The position numbers and the translations under genes are program-made. Below the pieces are notes generated by a model. That model made no database searches. It had not been told where the DNA came from and saw only the letters and a list, made by a program, of their open reading frames with translations. Below, piece after piece: positions 54,131-64,000 of a DNA stretch of 64,000 nucleotides. Origin of the DNA: the human T2T-CHM13v2.0 reference genome, Homo sapiens; NCBI RefSeq assembly GCF_009914755.1, contig NC_060926.1; one strand, given 5' to 3'. Position 1 is the first letter of the stretch. Each line of letters begins with the position of its first letter.

Positions 54131-57100
54131 TTCTTTCCAATACACATCCCTTCTATACATTCATGTGCTTATTTTTACATAGATGTAGCTATTCTCACAC
54201 ATCTGAGGTATTTGCATTTCCTTTTTTGATACGAGTAGAAACACCAATGTTTGCTGTATTTTGAACAAATTACTATTAGTCCAATTAATGGACCAAAATT
54301 AACCATTTATCTGGCCCCTAATTTCTTGCTCAGCCAATAATGGACAACAGGAAATATGTATAGTGTATTTTATAAATTTTTTTCCATTTCTACCTTATCA
54401 AGATTTTTAACAGGAATAGGTAATAAAATGTATTAAATGCTATTATGGTACATCCATTGAGATGAATATGTTTTTCTTCATACTTAAACTTTCATGTAGT
54501 GAGGAAAATCAAAAGACTTCATGATGTTAAACCTATGTGGTCATGATATTTTATTTAAAAATGGACTTAATGTCTTATAATGTTAGATTTAATTTGTGAA
54601 TATTGTATTGATGAGCTTTTACATTTGTGCAGCTATTACAAGAGGGACAGTGACAGACAAAATAATGCAAATATGAATAAAAGATGTAAAACACATAAAT
54701 ACACACAGATGGCTCCTGAGAGCATGACACTTGGTCACCTTACCGTTTGGATCAGCCAAATTACCAGTCTTCAAATCCCATGAAAATGACCTACAGCCTA
54801 AATGGAGTGCTGGAGTGCTAATACATTAAAGAATCACACCTTCTGGGGGTGGCGTGTGTGTGTGTAGGGGTAGTTATATGTATCCCTGTGGCCATTCCTA
54901 AATGCTCTGAGGAGCATGAAACATGTGACCATTCTGGCTATGAATCCACCAGCTGATTTGGAAACTCAAAAATAAAAAATGTATCTCTACATATCAACTG
55001 AAATCAGGGAATATTTTTCTGTCTTGGCAGCATTGAAGTTATGATTAGCCAATTCCAAAATACTAATCAGCAAACACAGACAGAGTTCAATCAGAAGTCC
55101 TCAAAAGTCAATTCCACGGGTTCCCCTGAGTTAATGGAATTGTCTTTTAAGACCAATCTCACAGCATTTCTGTTCATTCATGTGGGTATGCACTTATGAA
55201 TTTTTAAAATCAGTTTTAGGTTTTCTTCATGGATTGACTTATTACAACTATTTCAAATATGAAGAAAAGTACAGGTAATAATATCATGAACACCTGTTGG
55301 AAGGAATAAACTATAACAGAATGATTTGAAGTTTTCTTTGTACTCTGCTTCCCATTTTCCTTTTTTAGAGGAAAGCACCACGTTCAAGGTGGTTTGTATT
55401 CTTGCTATTTGCATTTCTATACCGCAGTGTTAGTAGTTTACAAAAGTGGTTTTAACTTCTCCTTTAATAACAGCATGTTGTAGGTATCATTTTGCAGTTC
55501 ACTTTTCTCACTTGATATGACAATTTTTCAAAATTTATTCCTGTTGATATTTGCAGACCTAGTTTCTGCTCTCTAACTTTTGTATCAATTGTAAATAATT
55601 GTGGTTGTGGTTATCACACAGTGTTTTGTAACAAGGACATTTGGTTGTTTTTATTTTATATTTTTACAACAAAGGTTGCAAAGAGTTATTCACAAATGGC
55701 TTCTATCTCTTGCATGAGAATTTCGCAACTGAAAATAGAGCTGTTGGCGGAAGAGTAAGCTCACATTTAGGTTTAATGTATCTTGCCAAATTGCTCTCCA
55801 ATAACAAAGGTGGTCCCACTGTGTGTCAGCTGGATTGGGGGATATCTGCTTTGTATTGAATTAAAAATAGCATGTTGATCAATCAAAAGTAACCTGAGGG
55901 GACTGAGGAAGTGGTTTAAGCAAGACAAATGGTAAACAACTGCCACTGAAAAAAATCCTTTTGATGTTGCAACTGTACAAAGAAAAGACACTGCCTATGA
56001 TGCCCATGACAAAATGGAGCCGTGTGCTTTCCCTCATGTTGACAGGCATTTCTATAGCAGTTTCAGTCATGCAGAAGCATCAGTTCAATTTTTACCACAA
56101 TTTTATAAACAAAAGAATGAATCAGAACATACCTAATCGGAAAGTATTTCATGTGATTATTATAAATTATGTTCCTCTGACCCTCCTCGCTCTGCACAGA
56201 GCTTCATCTTCTGGAACAGATCCACCAAACGAGAGCCAGAAGATGCAGCAGCCCAGGTCTAATTTGTATGCAGAGACCCTGGTCAGACAGGCAAAATATC
56301 TTTGTCCAAAAAACCTCAGAATTGAATATCCAAACCCCTATCTAGATAGTGTGCTTCTTAGAATACAAATAGAATTACAAAATGTTTCAGTAATCAAAAA
56401 GGGACAGCATCGGCAAACAGTTGACATCAAAATGTAAGCATATTTATTTTAAAACTATTTACCCTTTATTATAGCTTTTATTGGAATTTTGGGCTTTATA
56501 TTTGAAAGTATGTGTGTGTGCATGTGTGTTTGGAGAGCGAGAGAGAGAAAAAGCCTGAAAGGACAACGGAGATATATAGATATGGGCATTGTTGGGTACT
56601 GTCAAAGTTAATGTGTACTAATTTCATTAATCAATTGGCAGCATTTGGGGAGCAAAGTTAAATATATGCAGAGATCAGAAAAAAATCACCACATAAAAGC
56701 TGTGCACTTACCTAGTTTCTCTTCAGCCATTTTATTTATTCTGTGGACTTGGAAATCTGACTTTAAAAAAAATTTTCTGCATGATATAAACATCAAAATA
56801 TTTAACAAACATTTATAGACCAATTTCTCTTTATTGCATGCTTCACTTTGTGCAGAAGATTTTATATCAATAACTACAACCAACTGAGCTTTTATTCTCT
56901 GTCAAAATATTTGTATACTTTTTCAATAATCCTAAAATAATTCTATAATAACACTGTAAGGATGGAATTATTAATCTTTCTTTTCAGCAAATGAGAAAGT
57001 TGAAAAAATATTCAAGGTAATCCCACGGTAAGAAGCAGATCTGATATTCAAAACCAAGACTATCTGATTCCAAAGTTTGTGTTTTTTCGGCATATAATTT

Positions 57101-57219
57101 TTTTTCTTAGCTGTAAATATATTTCCACCCTTTGTTCAGGCATCTCAGACACAAATGAGGGGAAATATGTAGAACAAAACAGTATTATGGTATACCTTAG
57201 CTGAATTTTTGTTTCTTCT

Positions 57220-57705
57220 CTTGTATCACTCCATTTGTAACAGCAGCTAGGTGATACTGTTAAAAATATAACCTAGATCTTAGGAAACTTCTTCTCAGAC
57301 TGTCCGGTGCAAGTCCATTCCCACTCAAGTCAAACCCAATGTCCTTCCAATGGGCTACCTGATCCCACAGATCTTCTCATTTTTCTGATCTCCTGTCTTA
57401 CTCTCCTTTCTGTTATTACTGCTGCAGTTACACTGTCCACCTTGGTGTGCTTTAAACACACAGCCAGCCTCTTGCCTCTGGACTTGCACTGCCTGGTCTT
57501 TTGCCAGAAGGTTCTTCCTGCCCAATCTTTCTTCTTCTCTATATCCTCACCTCCATGAAATGTACCATGGGTTTTTATCTTCTTTTTTCACTATGATAAC
57601 TCCAATCCTAAAGGAATGCTTGGCATACAGAAAGCATGTATTTAGTATGTGTTGGATGAAGATAAATGGATGAACAAGTAATAATCAATGAATACATGAA
57701 TAAAC
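57220..57705 (+). mobile_element. L2 3' region
   Basis: Pyrimidine-rich body ending AATGCTTGGCATACAGAAAGC..TGTTGGATGAA..ATGAATA. Confidence 0.6.
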
Positions 57706-57841
57706 AAATACAAACATTGATGTAATTAGGGTATGCACAAAAAGTTAAGGGCTCTCCGAGTCTGATCATGAAGGCTAGGCAAGGCTTGACAGAAAAGACA
57801 CTTCAAACAGGGACCTGAAAAATGAATTGTGGTTATTCCAG

Positions 57842-58260
57842 TGACATATTTTAGATGTTTGTCCTCATACAAATCTCATGTTGAATTGCAATTCCCAATG
57901 TTGAAGGTGGGGCCTGACAGGAGCTGTTTGATCATGAAAGCCGATCCCTCATGAAGGACTCGGGCCATCCCTTTGGTGACAAGTGAGCTTTTGCTCTGAG
58001 TTCACAGGAGATCTGGTCATTTAAAAGTGCGTGGCACTTCCTTCTTTCTCTTGCTCCTGCTCTGGCTATGTGAGTGCCTGCTTCTGCTTTGCCTTCCACC
58101 ATGATTGTAGGCTTCCTAAGGCCTCCCCAAAAGCTGAACAGATGCTAGTACCATGCTTCCTATAAAGTCTGCAGAACCATGAGCCAATGGAAAGTGTTTT
58201 ATTTATAAATTACACAGTCTTATGTATTTCTTTATAGCAATACAAGACCAGCCTAACACA
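57842..58260 (+). mobile_element. MSTB-like MaLR solo LTR
   Basis: GATGTTTGTCC..AAATCTCATGTTGAA..GGCCATCCCTTTGGTGA..GCAGAACCATGAGCCAA..GCCTAACACA. Confidence 0.88.
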
Positions 58261-58469
58261 CTTGGTGAATAAGGAAGAAAAGTGACCTGAAGGCAGAATG
58301 AAAAACATAAGCGAATGTATAGAGAGTCTTAGAAGAGCATACTTTTTTGGGGAACTACAAGCATGACAATTTAGTATTGAATAATAAACATGAGGCTTAA
58401 AGGAAAAAACTCAAATACTATAAGGAAGCAAGATGATGAAGTACCTTGGATGCCATGCATATCAACCAA

Positions 58470-58938
58470 TGTCTTAGCAAGAGACCCTGCGGAGATGACA
58501 CACTTGTAGATGATACACTCACCAGGTCCTAGAGGACATATTAATGAAGGGGCCTCTTATAAAGGTATGAACAGGTTAAGGGAAACTAATAAGGTATGGT
58601 GAAGTACTCCTCAGCTGGCATCACACATAGGCCTAAAATGGAAAGAGAGAAAGTGATAACAAAAGAGTAATTACAGAGAGCTAATTGCAGCTCTAGGAAA
58701 GGACTCCCAGTCAGTAGAGAAATACAACCAATTTACTACCTGGGAGAATTAATACCCTAAACTCATTCTTCTCTCACTTCCAATCTCCTGCCATTACCTC
58801 TCATTGCTAAACCCAACCAGAAGCCAGATGGGAAGGAAGCCAACTGATGATGTCAGTATAGATCAGGCTCCCAGGGCACACAGAGCAGGGTGATGAAGGG
58901 TAGACCGTGAATCAAAGTGAAATAGGAAACGCCCAGTA
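58470..58938 (-). mobile_element. LTR33-like ERVL LTR
   Basis: ATCTCCTGCC..CCCAACCAGAAGCCAGA..AGGCTCCCAGGGCACACAGAGCAGGGTG, typical of antisense LTR33. Confidence 0.7.
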
Positions 58939-60487
58939 GAGGAATAAGAAATTTCACTGCATAGGTGTTAGAGAATCATTAAAAAATTTTAGGCGGAAGT
59001 ATTGCAGGATCAGATTTGAGAAAAGGAAAGATGACTCTGGCAAGAGAAAAATAATAAATGTAGACAACTAGTGAGTCAGTAGAGAGGGGACAGTATTAAG
59101 TGGGATTACAAAGATCCTGGTGAGAAATTATGAGGATCTGCACAGAGCAATGACTGTTGGCGAAGGAAGGAAAGAACCAAAATCAGAGACATAATAGCAA
59201 TTACATCACAGCTAAAGGCCTGTCACGAATGTCTGCAGGCAGAACAATGATCAATCCCCTGAATTGTATATTAGCTTACGTGTCTAATATGAAGGATAAC
59301 TCCTTTTCAGCTTCAGTAAGACTTTGCACCTTGTGTAGACAGGATATTTTCTCTGAAATTCAAACAGTCCAGAAATGATTTCAGTCTAGGCAGAAGGTAC
59401 CTCTTTAACTAAATATTTGATTTGATTATTGAACTGTGAAAAGTATCCAAGTTCATTTAATTGCTAGCATTTTTCCTAAGGATCAAGAATTAAGGATATT
59501 AACTGTTATTGTACCATTAGCTAGTGTGCTAGCTAGTTGTATAGATAGAGATTCTAAGTACATGCAGCAAGTGTTGTTTTTGTACCCATGCTCCTTGTAC
59601 AAAAACAAAACAAACAAAACAAAATACACAAAAAACACCAAGTCTTCCAAAAACTTGTAAGTTGAAAGAAGGCCTCTAAATGTAGCAAATAATAAACTTT
59701 GTCTAAAAGATTCAAATCATAGTAAAAAAAAAAAAAGAAAAGAAAAGATAAAAAGAGCTTTGAGTTAGGCCAAACTATAAAGCCTGGTCAAGACATGAGA
59801 ATTGAGAATAATGAGCTGATCTTCTTGACCAAGATTACTTTCAGTGATTGTGGATTTAGCACACAATGCGAAGGGTAAGCAGGTAAGCAGGAGATCACAC
59901 ACTCATGATGCAGACAGGAGCTGGGGCTCCCCAGTGCCTCTCCTGTTTCTTACTGAGGAGTACCTCAATGTTAGGAGCTTCTGCAGCCTTATTCTCCATA
60001 CCTTGCCCTATGCATCTCTTCTTCAGGGCTGTCAGCTCAGCAGTATATTTTTATAATTGACAATTTCCAACAGGTTACTTGGTGGGATTTCTATTTCTAG
60101 CATTAGTGTTAGGAAAAGTGAAGGAATTCTCATCTTAAGTTAAATGTTATTTAACCCCTGGACAACTGTATGTAGTCTTTGATTATCAGTGGTAAACGGT
60201 ACTAGAATTTCTAATGCTGTTGTTTTGATATTGGACACTTTTACATTATGGATAGTTTGGGGAGGGGTGTATATCAGCTAATTAAACTCTTAGAAAAGTT
60301 TTAATTTCCTAATAAGAGCTTAATGAGACAGATATAAGCATAAAACTAGCCAGACTCCTTTACAATTTCAGAATATTCAAAAAGGGATACAAAAATGTAA
60401 GGGGTAGGAAAACCAAGGAGGGAGTGTATAACAAATAATTTGGAAAATCCTTGATGTTTCAGTTGCACAGGTGAAACTTTCAGGCAC

Positions 60488-60880
60488 TGTGAGGGTTAAT
60501 ACTGAGTGTCAACTTGATTGGATTGAAGGATACAAAGTATTGATCCTGGGTGTATCTGTGAGGGTGTTGCCAAAGGAGATTAACATGTGAGTCAGTGGGC
60601 TGGGAAAGGCAGACCCACCCTTAATCTGGGTGTGCACCACCTAATCAGCTGCCAGCATGGCCAGAATATAAAGCAGACAGAAAAACATGAAAAGACTAGA
60701 CTGGCTTAGCCTCCCAGCCTACATCTTTCTCCAGTGTTGGATGCTTCCTGCCCTCAAACACTGGACTCCAACTTCTTCAGCTTTGGGACCAGGAATGGCT
60801 TCCTTGCTCCTCAGCTTGCAGACAGCCTATTGTGGGACCTTGTGATCGTGTAAGTTAATACTCTTTAATAAACTCCCCTT

Positions 60881-60926
<46 letters not shown>

Positions 60927-61078
60927 TACAAACATATATATGTATATATTATATATATAACATATATAAATATGTATTACATATAAATATGTTCATATAT
61001 TACATATATATGTATATATGTATATCCTGTATATATATCCTGTTAGTTCTGTCCCTCTAGAGAACCTTGACTAATACA
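60488..61078 (+). mobile_element. MLT2A solo LTR (HERV-L family)
   Basis: TGTGAGGGTTAATACTGAGTGTCAACTTGATTGGATTG...CTAATACA, homologous to both proviral LTRs. Decayed TSD GGCAC/GACAT; expanded TA/CA tract at about 60881-61040. Confidence 0.93.
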
Positions 61079-64000
61079 GACATGAACCCATTTGGTTTAT
61101 ACTTTCAACTATGCCAGAGGGACCATAAATTCCTGAGGTAAAAGACTTTATCAGATCTTATCTGATATTTTTCCACCTTAGTATACATTATCTCCCCTTC
61201 CAACATGACTTTGTTCTTTCAACCCCAGTTAAGTTAGCCCATCAGATGATGCAAATGTACTCTAAGTGTTCTAACTCACCTTAACTCAGCAGAACTCACT
61301 GTTAACAGTAGAAAGGAGACTCAAAAATACCTTACAATCAGACTGGCTTTACAAACTGGTATTTCAGTGTCTAATCATTCTATAGAAGACTGTCATAATA
61401 GAAATATTTTAGAGAAATTATTAAAATATTCAAAGAGAGTCTATAGTGATGTGCATGGCATACTTTAAGATTCTATTTTAAACCCACAATTCATGGAAGT
61501 AGAACATAAATTATGCATCAATGAAAGGGCCACCTTTTTATCTCTCATGAGATCCATTGAATAATCTTGTATATCCATGAATAGGGAAGAGGTGTATGCC
61601 TACTGCAGGGTGTCTCCCACCTTGGTGTCCTTCCCAGGCATCTGGGAATTCTGGATAATTCTTAACGTTAGTGCAATGTTTTTTTTGGATATCTGTAGCT
61701 TCTTTGGGTCCTCATTATCTGTTGGGATATAGGATGCCACAGAAAAGGAGGGGGATAGAGGCTGACATTTCTGTAAAAGGAAAAGTATGGCACAAGAGAA
61801 ACAACAACTTTATTCTACTCATACCATTTACAAAGTTCTATTTGACCTTAACAAAGTAGACATGAGTATTGGACAGAAAATTAGACTCAAAGATATTTTA
61901 TTATCAGAGCTGTTTTTTAGGATTGTTATCCAAGTTCATAATCATTCTACAGAATGTCATCATTCTGAAAGACTCTAGAGAAATGCTATTAACATATTCC
62001 AGGAAAGATTTTAACAACTGTGCACAGCAGATTTCAGGATTCTCTCCACTGTATAATGATGCAGAAGGTATCTAGTAAATGTCTTAAAATAGGCATTTTT
62101 TTTAAATCAGAAAGCTAATGAATAATTTTCATTATAATTTAAAGAGAAATTAGAAAAGAGAAATAATTTAAAGCCTACTTAATTCACTCTCATTTCTGAT
62201 AATAAGTCATTCTCCACTGAGCCCTGTCTCTGCCCTTGCTTTTTAAAGGGATGTTTAGTACACAGTCCTTCTGATTGGGTAACCTAACTGGAGTTGTTAG
62301 TTAAGTCATGAGAAAAGAAAATGAGGTCAAGATTCTTAAAGACCATTTACTTGCTGATCCAGAAGATCAGAGTTAAAGGGGCACTAAAATATATGAGAGC
62401 GTGCTGGTGATTTGATTTAGTGTCTTCTTTTCCCCTCACATTGCATGAGTATCACTCATGAGTCAGAAAAAAAAAATGTTCCCAAAGAGAAAGGGCTTTT
62501 GGGCATAGGCAAGGACGAGTTTCTACAGGGCACTCTTGTCGGAACTCGGGGACATTAGCTGGGATGGTCTAACATCCTTTCTGTCAATATGAACACACAG
62601 ACTGCTCACCAATGCTAAAAAAAAGTAATGGGAAGGGTCTCTTGAAGATCTGGATAAGCTCTTGGTAGAACAATAGGCTTGAGCTCAGGTGCTGTCGTCC
62701 AGTCATGAGTGCCAGGGTGTTTTCAGGAAGTCAGACTACTATCCTACCTGTAAATCTGCATAGTTGCAGTGAGGCCAGAGTTAGTCCAAGATAAACTATC
62801 TCCGGAGTATTCATAACATGCAGGAAGGAATTGAAAATACATGTGCACTGAAGGGAGATCATTATGTCAGCCTTGTATAATTAGTGAATCATTGGGGTTC
62901 AATCTTGATAGTTTAAGACAGATTGGAAGATTTCCATATGCCTAGTATATTCCATAAAAGTGAACTATAACAGAGAATCTGCTACAATATGTTTCTCCGA
63001 TGAGTCAGGCCTGTTTAGGGTAAGCTACACATAAGATAAAACATGTCGTCTTTGGAAGCATTCAAGCTTGGAATGACTAGGGTTCATGTGTTGATTCTGG
63101 TACTTTGTAAGTGAACACCTCAGATGCATTAATTAAACACACCATTAAGAAATTCTTCATCTGTGAAATAAGATTAGTTCCAATTGTTTCCCTGCTGCAC
63201 ATGACATCAGTATTTCTCTTAAAGAAGAAATGTCTTTACTTAGAAACAGACTCTGATTGGGGTAGAGACAGTGAAGCTTTAAAAGCATGATATTGCAGGA
63301 GACGAGGGACGAAACTAACAGCTCATCTTCTCTGGTAAGTTGATGAGAATTGCCAAAGGATTTTATTTGTGTAACAGGAAAATATAATGTTTTGTTTTAA
63401 ATAATATTCTGTATAATCTTGCAATGAAGTGCTTGTCTCCGTTACCCCCATGAATTTCCTTTCTGTAAAAGCCTATTGCAAACTCTAGATATCCTATGAA
63501 TGGCAGTTTTTTGGAGGTTTTAGGAATGGAATCAAGAAGTAAAAACTGTATCCCAGGAGGAACTCACTAAATTAACAGAATAAAATGCATAACATAAAAT
63601 TGAGAATTCATGAAGAACATGAAATAACATCTGAAAGTGCTAGAATTAGAAGAAATGTTGGAAAAGGCACGGGCTTTCCATGTGAATAGGATGGAGCTTG
63701 AGATGATTCTCCTCCTGAGGTCACAAAGGAAAGGATGACACTGCTGACATCTTGATTAATTAGTTGATATGATATTGTAATCAAATACCAAATTAGATTT
63801 CATTACATAATGCATATATTTCTTCAACAACATGGCCACCATCTCCTTTCTCATAAATTTATTGCTTCTTTTTTTCACTTCCCCTGGATTTCTATGCCCA
63901 TATGCTAAGTATGGCTATTCATGACTTCTACTCTAAGATTCTTCTTGAATCTGCTCTTAGTGATAATGTGCCATTATGAAACTCTCAGAGTCTGTATAAT

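Overview
AT-rich, gene-poor primate (human or great ape) genomic DNA, intergenic or deep-intronic. I recognise no host protein-coding gene, RNA gene or CRISPR array. The ORF-track entries I can identify derive from repeats; the rest are unrecognised and probably chance. The centrepiece is a structurally complete but coding-dead HERV-L provirus (29910-36713, +) with MLT2A1-type LTRs, a perfect ATCAT target-site duplication (TSD), a tRNA-Leu primer-binding site, gag-pro-pol-IN-dUTPase order, no env and a nested Alu. Around it are six Alus in total, a young 5'-truncated L1PA2-like copy, older L1MA/L1M/HAL1-like, L2 and MIR fragments, several MaLR/ERVL LTRs (MST, THE1, MLT1, MLT2, LTR16, LTR33), DNA-transposon MITEs (MADE1, MER3, MER33) and microsatellites. 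The most unusual signals are mutational scars: an apparent micro-inversion between palindromic TA-rich tracts that flipped the 3' end and TSD of an MLT2D-like LTR, a template-switch hairpin inside the young L1, and loss of the poly(A) signal from the proviral 3' LTR. I see no support for a new biological system. Subfamily names come from my recall of consensus sequences, not from a database search, and boundaries of old repeats are approximate.
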